DNA of 63,056 bases, filler included, from Craspedostauros australis (taxonomy: Eukaryota): NCBI GenBank assembly GCA_030167865.1. It is 7 parts of 7 records of this genome, joined end to end, with 100 filler letters (N's around TTAATTAATTAA, not from the genome) between each part and the next. Parts side by side here need not be neighbours in the genome. Positions count along the whole stretch, not along the records: positions 1 to 23,826 come from JALAGF010006400.1; 6 more parts are not named here. One strand, given 5' to 3'. Position numbers and translations under genes: made by a program. The notes under the pieces are model-generated. The model was not told the DNA's origin. It saw only the letters and a program-made list of their open reading frames with translations, and ran no database searches. This document shows positions 1 to 12,514 of the stretch, one piece after another. Numbering within the stretch: the first letter of the stretch is position 1; every line of letters begins with the position of its first letter.

Positions 1-464
1 TTGATTCCCTCCATGCTGATGACTACTGCACCACTGCCGTGGTCTTAACGCGTGTATCCAACCTGCTTCAACTCAAACAATGGAATCCGAGAGCCAGCTC
101 CAACCACAGCCACTGCTTCATGGTCGTCACTGCCACATGCCATGATCTACACTGCAGTGTATCTACGTATGTGGAGAGCAAGGCGCTGTAATGACTGTAT
201 ACCCTGTAGCACTGAACCAAGTACATCAGTGCAGGGTCTCGCCAAGTTGTGTGNNNNNNNNNNNNNNNNNNNNNNNNNNNNNNNNNNNNNNNNNNNNNNN
301 NNNNNNNNNNNNNNNNNNNNNNNNNNNNNNNNNNNNNNNNNNNNNNNNNNNNAACTCTTCAATCAGTACACCTCTCTTGAACTGCATCACACGGCTATCC
401 CGAAGCTGGCAGATTCAAGAGACATCCTCCACCGATTCGCGCCGACTACGCCCGAATCCTAACT
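1..464 (+). mobile_element. Partial copy of LTR-like family A (left end outside the window; contains an N gap)
   Basis: Colinear and near-identical to the 3' part of 9888-10574, ending in the same terminus CCCGAATCCTAACT at 464. Confidence 0.85.
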
Positions 465-620
465 TGTGGCCTTGTTTGCAGCAGAAATTGCCTGCGCCAG
501 AAGGTCCCAGTTAAACAATGAGAGAAGCCACCACACTGGAGGACCATGTTGGTCTGGCATGCGATCTTGTCACCTACACGTGGAGGCCAAATAGAGCTGT
601 TGATGCGAACCCAAAAGAAG

Positions 621-652
621 TGACAAATTTGGCACATGTGCCAAATTTGTCA
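621..652. repeat. Perfect 32-bp palindrome
   Basis: TGACAAATTTGGCACA|TGTGCCAAATTTGTCA is its own reverse complement. Confidence 0.95.
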
Positions 653-1225
653 GCAAAAAACTCATTAGGGGTATCTTTGCGTTTTTGTGTTTGCCAGAAA
701 TCCCGAGTGGTATTTTGGAGACTGGTTTCGGGCGCCTTGGTGACGGAGACTGATCCAACAGATCCCAGCAGTCCATGCAGTCGCGTTGGCGAAAGAATAG
801 ACCATCGTCGATGCACACAGCACGGTTTCAGTGACGCAGAACTGTGACACTCTGGGTGTTGGGTAATCCTGCAAAAGTCGGACTTTGTGGAAGCACAGAT
901 AGGCATACAGAATGAGCACAAGCACAGGATGGCAAAGCTACTCAACATAGAGTATTAACATGGACAGATACGATGAAAGCAAACAGACGAAAGGAAACCA
1001 GAAGAATGGGCTCAGAATTTACTGTAGTTGACCCATAGAGCTGTTGTGGTGAACGATAGTTGATTTTTCTTTACAACCACCCAGAGACAAGCTGAGACGA
1101 GCATTCCTGGAGTTCGTATAGAATGCGGGGGACGAGCTCTGGCCACATTCGTGGCGATGCGCTCTTGTGCCAGAGAGAGCTTGCACCCCACTCAGAACTC
1201 ACATGTTCTGGAAGTGATCAAAGAC

Positions 1226-1933
1226 ATTTGTTGGCAAGTTCTGGACCTCGGATGCCTACGATCATGGAAGATGGTGTTGGTTGATAGTCATTCGTTTGCT
1301 ATTTCATTAGTTGAGCACTCCAATCCTCTCAGTGTCTCCATTCTCTTGCCCGATTCTCTTGGCACGTTTGTCTGTTTTGTAGATTCGATCGTCCGACTAT
1401 GAGTCAGTGTGCGAGATGCTCTCTCGCTACTCTTTGTATTCTCTCTCTCTCTTGAAATCATGTACTTATGCTACACGATACTCTGCGTTTGATGTGTACT
1501 CTGCATTCAACACTCTGTTTGTTCACTACTGGTTCCTACTCCATGAGTACTTACCATTTGAACTCCTCTTTGTGTATCCATGATCTTGATGTCCTTTGGT
1601 CATCGGATCTTTACCTCCTGCTCTGACATGGAGACAGATGTCAACGTGGTGACATGATGACATCCTGTCAACATCAGTAGGCATCCTTCTGATCTCCAGA
1701 TGTCACATTCCATTGATGATGCGATGGTGTCTCAGATGATATTGTCATCTGGGGTTTGGTTGGGAGGTACATCGAGCTTCGCTTGGTACCATACGTCTCC
1801 ATTGATGGATGGACGGACGATGTTTCTAATTCTCTCAGAAATCGTCGATTGCAAATTTCCTCCAGAAATTCTGCTCATTTTCGTGTGTTCCATTTTCACT
1901 GTAATTCTGACAAATCACAGCATACTATTGACA
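1226..1933 (-). mobile_element. Old degenerate repeat related to LTR-like family B
   Basis: 1226-1610 is the inverted homolog of 15414-15792. ~1620-1830 resembles ~8990-9200 (CACATTCCATyGATGATGC, GGGTTTrGTTGGGAGGTA). Boundaries are approximate and no TSD was found. Confidence 0.55.
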
Positions 1934-2311
1934 CGAATGTAGTTGTACCGTTCAAGTGCGTATGAGAGAATAACGGGTGAACGATGCACCTATACACGTA
2001 CATCTCGACGTATACTCACATGTACATCTCGACATGCGAGTGGCCTGCATACTAGTATATTGCATTATACGAGCTATGTGGACGGAAGAGCTTTGCAGGT
2101 TGCAATGTACTATATGTGCTTCTGTGAAGACGCTATAACATGTATCATATCATATGATGGAGTAAATTGTTCATTCTTCAATCCTCAGACTTTGATGGCA
2201 TCCATTATCTGAGGGTCAAGGATTGCACCACAGTTTGGGAAGAGACCAACATCTGCCTTCATTGCTGCTACAGGAGCTGGATGCACGAGTATCCATACTC
2301 ATTGAATGGTC

Positions 2312-5300
2312 TCATTCAGAGCTCTTCGGCGACTTGCTTGATTTGGATGACTTGGGAGACTTGGTCTTGCTCTCCTTTGATGACTTGTCCGATTTGTATG
2401 ATTTCGCCCCCTTCGTGCTGCGCATGTAAGATGGTTGGGAGGAAGGGAGGAACGACGGCGCGGATGACAGCGCAGATGACGGTGTGAATGACGGTGCAGA
2501 TGACGGCCTAGATGACGGCGCGGAAGACGGCGTGGACGACAGTATCATCGAGTTACCGTTGCAGAATTCCAGTGAACCCATGAAGTACTCAAAGAAACCA
2601 TCGGAGAGAGGAGGATAATCACCGACAACATAGCTCGCAATTCCCGTAAAGATAGTGAATGGACAATCGTCGCAATCAAGCCAGTCTGGAGGGATGGGAA
2701 TGATGGTGTTCGAATATTCATCCCCCGGTCTCGTTGGTGTATCGATGCGGATGGAGATCACGCCGTCGCTTTCGGACACAGCCAAAGGTTGATCGAATGG
2801 AATCACATCTGTGAATTCACCATCACCTCTGGCCTCGATCGTTCCCGATGCAAGTTCTGTCCAATTCCCGGGTGCATCCCACGTACTTGGGCGATAGAAG
2901 ATTGTAAAAGGTTGGTTCCCCGTCGATGGCAGGACAAGCCTCATGCCTGTGATGTCGACACTGTCCAGAATCTGAATGTCGTGTCGCACTGAAGCGGCCC
3001 TGTCGTCATAGAATGCTCTTGGGAGACCTGCTGTTTTTGCTGTTCTTGCATCGAGGCAGGTGTATGTTGGTGCCTGTGTGGGGCCTGCAGATGGCTGGAT
3101 TGATGGCAATGTTGTCGTAGTGGGGGCAGAGGATCCAGTTGGCATCTCGGTGCTCAGATCCGGACAGAATTCGAGGATGCCGAAAAAGACGGGGAAGCGA
3201 TCGCGGAAATTGGGCGGGTTGTTTCCAACTTCGAGGCTTCCTTGTCCGGTGAATACCTCGAATGGGCAGTCTGGGCACTCCATGACGCTCTCTGGGATCA
3301 CAAACGGAGATGACGAGGACAAATCCCTCAACCTGTCGGCCATGTCAATGCGGAAGGATACAATGTCATCATCCGCAGACACCGCCACAGGCTGATCAAA
3401 TACGAAGGAGGGGGAGAAGCCAGACGAGTCCTTTTCCCCGTTGTTTCCTGATGCAATCTGAGTCCAGTCGCCATCGGCATCCCAGGTGCTTGGGCGGAAG
3501 AAGATCGTGTATGGCATGTTGGTGAATTCAGCAGCCACGGAGACCTTGATGGCGGTGAGTTCGACGCTGTCCAGTATGCGAACATCGAATCTGTATGACT
3601 CAATGCGCTGACTATAGCGCAATTCGCTGAGCGAGGTGAACTCCCACGTGCCGCAAAATTCGGTTGGGGCTGATGACAATGATGGTGCCATAGAAACGGA
3701 TGGTGCCGCACTTGGTGATCGACTCAAATCCACTTTTACACTCACCGTCGCACACATGGGTGTGGTCGAGTCATCATCGATGTTGGATACCGAAATAACG
3801 ATCCCATCCAGCAAAGACGACTGGGCATCAATTCTGTACGATGGTTCTGTCAGGCCCAGGATGGCCTCCAGATTAGAGGATTGAGTCTCGGTAGTGCTGT
3901 GGTCTTGTGCCCTTGTCACGAGGACCTGATCCCTGCCCAGTGGAGAATCGGCGTTGAAGCCGATGGCTCTGTTGAAGGCGATGTAGTAGTTCAATTCACT
4001 CTCAGGATCGTCAATTCGGATGATGACGTCGAAGCTGGTGTCAGCGGGGTCATAATCGACCACTCCGCAGAGCCTTCCCTCAAAGTCGATGTCTTGACCT
4101 CCGGTGAGCAATGTGGTCTGATCGGAGTACCACCCCGTCACCCAGCTGTTGGCACCTATGGGTGGTGGAGGGGCAGGCACATGAGTAATGATATTGAAGG
4201 GGTAGGTTTGTGGCATGAGCATGAGGGTGTGAAATGATTTGGCGCGGACGCAAAGAACGAAACGATGGAGAAGGGAATGATTGTTGAGACAGTGTACGTA
4301 GAGTGTCGCATCGCATCGCATTCGTATCGCGTGCGATGAAGCGACAAGACTCCTCCTGCAGCGGAATCATTTGGGCCCTTGCTCTCCACAAGGCGATGGC
4401 GCCGTAGCACTTACCGTTGTACCCTCTCTTATCGGTCAGAGTTTCATTAGAAAATGGACCAAAAATTGGCCTTCCCATCGCGCCGCTGCGGAATAATAGT
4501 CGATGTTGGGGTCGGAATCCATTGACCGGAGGACGTCAACAACGAGGAAGAGAATACACGAAGACGGAGGTTAGATGGGCTTCGAACGAGAAACAGGTTT
4601 CCTCTCATGTGATGACGACCAGAACATGGCAGACGCGTCCACTGTGCTCTCTCCAGAGTTCGATTGTGTGCGTTCTTGCGTCCGATCGTCCATCCGTTGA
4701 CAATGATTGATGCAGCATGTCACAGATCGTATTCAACTCTCTTTCTCTCTGTGCGTGTCTCTGCTGGCGCATTGACTGCGCTTACCTGACATCTCCAGAC
4801 TCTTCCCCATTCCGATTGGAAGGGGCAAGCCCGAAGTTGCGACCGAGGTTGCGGATGAGGAAGTTTAGGTTGGCCGCCCAGTGCGTGCCTGGATACTCTT
4901 CGATACCGTTGTACACGCTGATCTTTTCGGCGGGATAAGCGTACGCTGTGAATCAGTGGTGTGTCAGTTACATCGGCGTGCGCGTTGATCATCGGGAGAG
5001 TTTGATTCGCAGGGAAGAAAGATGGTCTTCCACGATGGAGTGAGGTGGGTTAGATAGGGTATGAGCACGGGTAGAGCTCATCACGATACCAGTGCGTAAT
5101 ATTGATACGGAAGATACGAGTTGCGTGGTTCTTGTCGGCACTTACCGGTCCAACCAGTTCCAAGTGCATCCAACCCGAACGGGACAATGACCAAGAAGAA
5201 ATCAAAGTCATCATAGATCTTGACCTCCTGCTTCAGATATTGCAAAATGAGATTATCAACTGTTGCTGTCTCGAGAGTGGTGGGATCAACATCAGGTGAA

Positions 5301-6244
5301 AACCCAACTGTCAAAATCCCATCATCTGTCCCATTCGTAGGCATGGTGGAGAGCCTCAGCTTGTCAAAAGACATGGCCGCGAACTGGTAGGTGAAGTTGG
5401 GCTGAGCGCCGAAGATCTCGTCTTTGATGAGGGACTTGGGAACTGTGTAGTTGGTTTGGAAGACGACCTGGATGAAGAGGAACTTCTTGTCGCCAGAACC
5501 ACGGACATCAGGAGTGGTCAGAGAACGACCATGTCCATGTCCATGTCCATGTCCATGTCCATCGCTTTGTTCGCTTGGTTGATGATGCTCGATCGTCATG
5601 TCATCGACGGTCGTCAAGTCCGGCAGCTTCAAGGAGAAGTCGGTGACATCGATGATGACATTCTCCAGAAACAACGTGGACTTGGAAGAGGAAAATGGCC
5701 ATGCACGGTTGTTCTTGGCCCATTCCGGCGTCAGCCCTTCGATGGTCAAATGCACAGGCCCATGTTCTTCCTCATCGGAGCCTTGGAGCATGCAAGATAA
5801 GTCAGTTGCATCCGTTCCGTCGGCAGCGCTAATGATCCGTGCCGAGACGAGGCATGGCTCCTGTAGGATACTGTGTTCGCCCGAGGCAGCGTCATGCGTC
5901 TGAATTGAGTTCGATCCGGTTGTTGGTTGTGTGATGAAGGACGAGACACGACGTGATGTGAAGTAATGCGTTGTATTGTATTGTATAATGCAAGGTGCAG
6001 AATCATGGTTGAGTTGAGGATGAGGTCATTGAATTGGATGCACGTACTCGTATGTCTGTGGATGCGGATGCGGCAAGGCGAGAATGCCAGCAAAGAAGGA
6101 ACCCCCACGCGTCGAGACAACAGTGACAGTTGCCATCTTGCTCGTACTCACCGTCAACTTTGGCACCGGGGATGCCGCTGCGGTAGCGGCAAGCGCCACA
6201 AGCAGCACAGCAGCAAGGATTCGTTGGTAGAAGTGAGAATGCAT
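2312..6244 (-). CDS. Secreted peptidase M11 (gametolysin)-like protein, predicted catalytically inactive, with two tandem ~170-aa domains and a Ser/Lys-rich tail; ~973 aa, 5 exons
   Basis: Exons 6244-6152, 5899-5146, 4945-4786, 4485-4415 and 4155-2312, all GT-AG and phase-consistent. Signal peptide MHSHFYQRILAAVLLVALAATAAA. The spliced sequence AYAY..ISVYN..RNLGRNFGLAPS..GDVSGAMG..GYNGANSWVTGWY..YYIAFNRAIGFN follows the M11 motif order. Confidence 0.8.
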
Positions 6245-6866
6245 GGCTTTTTCGTCATCAACGAGATGAAGGATTTATGAGATGATTTGGAGTCCGAGGA
6301 AGGAAGGAACGAACAGAAACAGGAACTGCTGCCATTCCTTCGCCAGCCGCCACCTTCTTTGGTTTTTTGCATGCAGTGAACCATTCCCCTCTTGTGTGGA
6401 GAGGACGAGTAGGTGGATGGGCGGGAAAGCATTTCGTGGAATAGCAGCCAGGCGTACCTACGTCTGTGGGTTGCTGCGCCATGAGCACCCGTACGACAAT
6501 GAGCCGCTCACGCGCATCACGCGTCATGATGTGGTGTTGCCTCTGTGGCCGTTCGCTGGAACCTTGTGTGCCGAGGTTTCCCAGCTCCTTGCACGACTGT
6601 GTGGAGAAGCCACCCCCGACAGCCCGCTCGGGAAGATCCGATCACCGCCAATTTTGTGGAAGAACAGAACAACGTTGTCGTCTTGATGTCGCTCAGGACA
6701 GCCCATTTATGGACCAATCTCGTGTCACACGTTGTCAACGGAACTCGAATTTGTGGCTGGGACAACCTGAGCGCACATGAGTGATTGTGGCAAGTTAACA
6801 CACACATGCTTTGTCATTGAGGGTTGCAAACCCAAAGGATTCAGATGATAAGGGTTATAGGGTCGT

Positions 6867-7555
6867 AGTTAGGATTCGGGCGTAGACGGCGCGAATTGGT
6901 GGAGGATGCCTCTTGGATCTGCCGACTTCGGGATAGCCGTGTGATGCAGTTCAAGAGAGGTGTACTGTTTGAATAGTTGCTACTGTAACGATGAGTAGAA
7001 GAGTGCTTTGTAGCTAATCCTTGTCTGTTTATTATGGGTTGGCTTATGGTGTTGGTGGGGTGAAGAGACGATGCCACACAACTTGGCGAGACCCTGCACT
7101 GATGTACTTGGTTCAGTGCTACAGGGTAGACGATCATTACAGTGCCTTGCTCTCCATACATGTAGACGCACTGCAGTGTAGGTCATGACACTTGATAGTG
7201 ACGGTCATGAAGCAGTGGCTGTGGCTGGAGCTGACCCTCGGATTCCATTGCTTGAGTTGAAGCTGGTTAGATACACACGTCAAGACTACGGCAGTGGTGC
7301 AGTAGTCGTCAGCATAGAGGGAATTGAGGTATGTTGTAGTAAAGAGGATCTGAGGAGCATATAGTTCCCAAAGTGAGGTGTGAGTCAGGTCGGTCATATT
7401 TGAGTCATGATGGATTCGTGAATGGAGGAGAGAAAGGAGGAGAGAAGATTTGGTGGTCAATCAAGTCGAAGGATTTCGCGCCAAAAAAACAAGAATTTCT
7501 CCTATCGAGTTGATACCGTGTCCGGTAATAGTCTGTCCCTCATTGAATCTCAACT
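6867..7555 (-). mobile_element. Solo-LTR-like element, family A (689 bp)
   Basis: Reverse complement of 9888-10574; ends AGTT...AACT; 5-bp TSD GTCGT at 6862-6866 and 7556-7560. Confidence 0.9.
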
Positions 7556-8783
7556 GTCGTGTAGGATCGTCAGAGAGTACACTGTTCTCCCGTGGTTGGG
7601 CGATGCCCGTGTTCGCATGTTAACCCCGTTTTAACCGTTTCACATGCATCCCTGTTTGGTCCCCTCGATTCGCTGTGGCTCTGCTGACTGTCGGATCGTC
7701 ACATTTTCACTTCACATGGTATGTACCTGCTGCATGCCCCATGCGTGGGCACCACAGGGCGCTCATCCCATCCACCACAGATTGAATCCGTGGCCGACCA
7801 TCCTTGGGTACTGTCGTGCAGTCTGTATGTTAGAATAAAACACATTGTGCCTGAGCTGTCCGTCTTGGCCCTGATTGTGGCTTTGTGAGCATGTCAGCGA
7901 GATTGGTCTCTGATGGCTCGTATGAGACAGTCATCACACCCGCTGCGATGCTTTCTTGGACGAAGTGATATGCAATGGCGTTGGCTTTCTTTCGTAGCTG
8001 TGATGCGGGGAGTGAGGCGTTGTAGACGACGCTCTGGTTGTCGACACGCATGTCCGTAGGGCCGTCCATAGGGACGCCCATCATACGCAACTTGTAGCGC
8101 ATACCAATGACGATCTCCGTCGCCACCTTGAGCGCGGTGAACTCGCTGCCGAACGTGGACGTCTCGATGCTGTTTTGTTTCTTGCTGTGCCATTGGATGG
8201 GCAATGAGTTCAAGTACAGTAGGACTCCGGTGCGCGATCGTCGCGTCACCCGGTCGCTGGCATGGTCAGAATCAACGAAGCAAGTCATCTGGACCTCTTT
8301 TCCACGTGGTGTTAGCATGTCACTTGGTATCTGTGAGTGGGCGTCGGCGTAGAAGTCGCCCCACTCCGGTTGTATCACAGCGGGTTTGTCAACGTATGCA
8401 TCATCAAAGACAAGACGAGAACGATCGTGTGAGTTCAAATGGGCAAACATATGGAAGAGCGTCCGCAGGTGACCCGTGCGGGGCGCAGCACAGTATGAGG
8501 ACATCATGGATGTTTCACAGCAGATGTCGATTCGACCCAGTTCAACGGTCCAACGCAGGATCCCAATCATTTGCTGGTAGAATGTCATCTCCTCTGCATC
8601 GCACAACGGTGTTGCATCCAATTCAGGTCGATATCCGTTCGGTATCACACTGAGTGCCCTTGTCTTCAGGCGCCCTTGTCGGTCGGTGAGCCATTTTGTT
8701 ACAACCTTGATGGCAGTTCGTATGTATGCTTGTGATCCCATGCTCCATTTGGGACGTGTTGCATCAGAGTCAATGTGGTATGG

Positions 8784-9312
8784 TGTTATCTAGTTATTGT
8801 ACACAGCAAAATCACACGAGTCTTTCAAGAGAGATCAAGCCTTTCAGGATGATGGTGGTGAGCTGGTGTAGTGAACACACTGATTGGGTTGAGTGACTTC
8901 TGGTTCTATGTTATCTTCACTGAGTTGTATCTCATGATGCTGTCTTCAAGAACAGCTCTCGGTCATTGCACCTCTGCAATCTTGTTCTGATGTGGAGATG
9001 ACCCATGATGTGGCAATGATGTCTCCTGTGTCGACGTCACTCATCACCATTCCATGGCTCTGTCGATTCCACATTCCATCGATGATGCTTGAGGCTGTCA
9101 GAGGTGGTGTCATTTCGGGTTTAGTTGGGAGGTATATAAGGTCGAATTGGACATCACATGTTTGCCGGGTGGTGGCCAGACCGAATCTCTGACGTTCTCT
9201 CTAGTGTTTCCCTTATGCCGAAAATCATGTGTCTGAGGAAAGCATCGTTTCAGCACATACCAGGACAGACTAATCAGAAAACAAATCAGGTGAATAAAGC
9301 AGTGTGCTAATA
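8784..9312 (-). mobile_element. Solo-LTR-like element, family B (529 bp), inserted in the RT
   Basis: 5-bp TSD TATGG at 8779-8783 and 9313-9317. Plus-strand ends TGTTA...TAATA, i.e. TA...CA on the minus strand. Strand assignment is tentative. Confidence 0.85.
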
Positions 9313-9887
9313 TATGGCGCGATAGTGGAGCCAAGGTAAGTAGTAGGAGGGCCGATGGAACTCGGTTTGAGGAAGAAGTGTGAGCCGATTGCATCTAGGA
9401 TGCGCTGGGGTTGTTTGGACACCGCAAAGATGTCGTCTGTATACACAAGCATGTATTCATAATACTCTGACCCATCGCTCGCCACTGTTGGTTTCATCCA
9501 GATGTGGCTATCAGCGCGGCAGGATGTGTATCCCATCGAATCGCGCAGTGTCTCAGCCAGATGCGCTCGCCAAGCGGCTCCGCTGGACTTCAGACCATAC
9601 AAGGCCCGACAGATGACAGCGATCTTGCCTTGATCGGACCTGAACTCGGGCCCGCATCGCGTGTATATTTGTTCTCTGCACAGTGCGTTCAACTATGCGT
9701 TTTGGACGTCGGCAGCCAGTATGTTGAGGTCATTGAGTGCGGCAATCATGAATGCAATGCGCATGCTTTTGCGTGACACCACACTCGCATAGGTGATGGC
9801 CGCTGGTGCCTCTGTCATGTGGCCGCCCACCACCAATCGTGCTTTGCGTGTGAGATCGACTTTCACGGCGAAGATCATGTGGCACTC

Positions 9888-10574
9888 AGTTGAGATTCAA
9901 TAAGGGACAGACTATTACCGGACACGGTATCAATCCAATTGAAGAAATTCTTGTTTTGGCGCGAAATCTTCCGACTTGATCGACCACCAAATCTTTTCTC
10001 CTCCTTTCTCTCCTCCATTCACGAATCCATCATGACTCAAGCATGACCAACCTGACTCACACCTCACCTTGGGAACTATATGCTCCTCAGATCCTCTTAC
10101 TACAACATACCTCGATTCCCTTCATGCTGACGACTACTGCATCAATGCCGTAGTCTCAACGTGTGTATCCAACTTGCTTCAACTCGAACAATGGAATCCG
10201 AGGGTCAGCTCCAGCCACAGCCACTGCTTCATGACTGTCACCAACATGCGTCATGGCCTATACTACAATGTATCTACATGTATGGAGAGCAAGGCACTGT
10301 TATGATCACCTATCTGCAAGCACTGAACCAAGTACATCAGTGCAGGGTCTTGCCAAGTTGTGTGGCATCGTTTCTTCACCCTACTAACACTACAAGCTAA
10401 CTCATAATAAACACAGACAAGGATTAGCTACAAAGCACTCTTCTACTCATCGTTACAGTAACAACTCTTCAAACAGTACACCTCTCTTGAACTGCATCAC
10501 ATGGCTATCCCGAAGCCGGCAGATCCAAGAGACATCTTCCACCGATTCGCGCCGACTACGCCCGAATCCTAACT
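9888..10574 (+). mobile_element. Solo-LTR-like element, family A (687 bp), inserted in the RT
   Basis: 5-bp TSD CACTC at 9883-9887 and 10575-10579; imperfect terminal inverted repeat AGTTGAGATTC / GAATCCTAACT. Confidence 0.92.
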
Positions 10575-10747
10575 CACTCCATGTATTGGTGTCCAACCGG
10601 ATTGGGAGTGTCGGCCTCTTTGATGTCGAAGGCAGGGCGAACGGCTTTCATCTCTTTTTCGATCGCCTTGCGCCACATGTCCGTGCCTGTCTCCGCATCA
10701 ATGGCCAGCGCATGCCGTACGGAGGTCGGTAGAGCAACGCCGAACAT

Positions 10748-12514
10748 CTATTGTTTGCGCACTTGTCTCCGTTTCGTCGCCATGATGATGCTCTGTTGTT
10801 TGCAAAGGGTGTGTGGCACCCACCACTTGAATGCTGGTTCATTGGTGAGCAGGTTTGCTTCCGCGTATTCAGCCACACGGGCAGGATCTGCCTCCTTCGC
10901 GTCGCGCAGGTATATCCATGAGGTCAATCCGTCTTTCCATCGTATGCACAGTTTCCATCCTTTCGTGGATTTCGTTTTGTGAGAAGCAAAAGAGACAGAG
11001 GGTAAGCGTTTATGGTCAACGATTTCTTTCATGAGGATGGTCTCGTAACCGTCGTTGTCGACGTGAGCGTAGCCGTTTTCTGCGATTTGGTTAGCGCTGA
11101 ATGCTTCCTGATGCCTGTCAAGGAACTCAACTTCATAGCATGATGTATCAAGCATCGGATTGTCATGTGAATGGCCGATGAGGTTGCCATCTGCGTCGCG
11201 TTTCCTCCGTTTTACAGTGCTGTAGCGCATCTCGTCCCCTGTTGGCAGGACAACCTTAGCCGTGATGTAACGGTCGTACACCTTGCTGGATACGTCTTCG
11301 GGTTCGACGATGGATTCAAATGGTTCTGTGTTCTGTAGGTAGGCGATATTGGCAGCGGTGTCATCAACTTCGTTGCCGTCGTCTTCTGGTACCATGCCTT
11401 CCATGCGTTTGTTCCATTTGGTGCTCAGTTTTGTCATGAAGTCGGTTTGTTTCTGTTGTAGGACGCCATCATTTGTATCATCATGTGAGAGAGGCAAGAC
11501 AGAGGATTTGGAGACAACAATGCCATTGGCGGGGAGTATGTACGAGCACATGGCCTCGCCGACGGAACAACTTGGTCCCAGATAGCGTCCAAGTTGCTTC
11601 ACGTTCATGGAGGCATCTTGTATATTGATGTACCAGACAAAGTCAAACCACGCAAATTCAGCAATGTGTGAGATGTCGGCTGTGTTGCCTGATAGGATCG
11701 TGGCGGGCGTTTTTCCATGCAGATCGTATACAGATAGCGCTGTGTGGCTTCGGATCTCCGCACAGTATTCAAAGCAGTAGTCCCACAGATACTCGGGCGT
11801 ATTGGTGGAGGTCATCAAGCAACGATAGTGGCAACGTAGCTCGCAGATGGTTGCCTCCGCGCGGTTTTGGTTGTGTGTGTACGCCTCGATTGGGCGGATG
11901 GACACTTGCGCCTTGTGCAGTTTACGGCGGAACTCGCCGGCCACGAGTTCTTTCGCGTTGTCGGGTATGATTGTGTGGGGAATGCCGTGATCTCGAAACT
12001 TTTTGTCAAGGGTGAGGTGTGCGTTCTTGCGTTCCGTCATCGGATACACACGAACCCAGTGGAATGGCATGCAATATATCATCGCACATTTTTTGCCATG
12101 GATTGATTTCGTTTTTATGTGCATTGTGTCAGCATATACTTGTGTGTTCAAGCGACGATAGCGCAGTTGCATGGCATACAGATTGAGTCGCCGCGTGCCT
12201 GTCGAATTGCGGAAGTCGCGCACAGCCATGTGTGTTGTGACCTGTAGCGTCCGAGTAGCCGCGTCAACGCCAATGCGCCAACGTCGCGCCAATGCCTCAG
12301 GCATGATTGTCCCCTTTCGATCGGAGGACTGAGTACTGCCGACTGCCTTGATGTCTCGTATGATTGTTGGCAACACGGACGCGGTGGTGTTGACGGGGCG
12401 GTTGTTCTGATGGCGTCCTTGTCGTTCCCTGACGACCAGCACCCTGGATCCCAGGTAGACTCCTGTGTCATCATGATGTGGACACAGTCGTGATCCGACT
12501 GGACTTCTTGTCAT
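10748..12514 (-). pseudogene. Copia integrase region of pol
   Basis: LARRWRIG, YADT..., IIPDNAKE, HNQNRAE (D,D,E core), LGRYLGP and WKDG..SW motifs; ends in a premature stop. Confidence 0.9.

Larger units (their letters stand above)
7830..10747 (-). pseudogene. Copia reverse transcriptase / RNase H, interrupted by two insertions and premature stops
   Basis: ORF pieces 9693-9878, 9270-9692 and 7830-8741. Removing 9888-10574 and 8784-9312 (each with one TSD copy) restores PVGHQYMECHMIFAVK and YLGSTIAPYHIDSD. Confidence 0.92.

Noticed and set aside
2312..4321. 669-aa ORF as a complete gene
   Set aside because: The part above 4155 is intron read-through; the ORF is the last exon of the gene starting at 6244.
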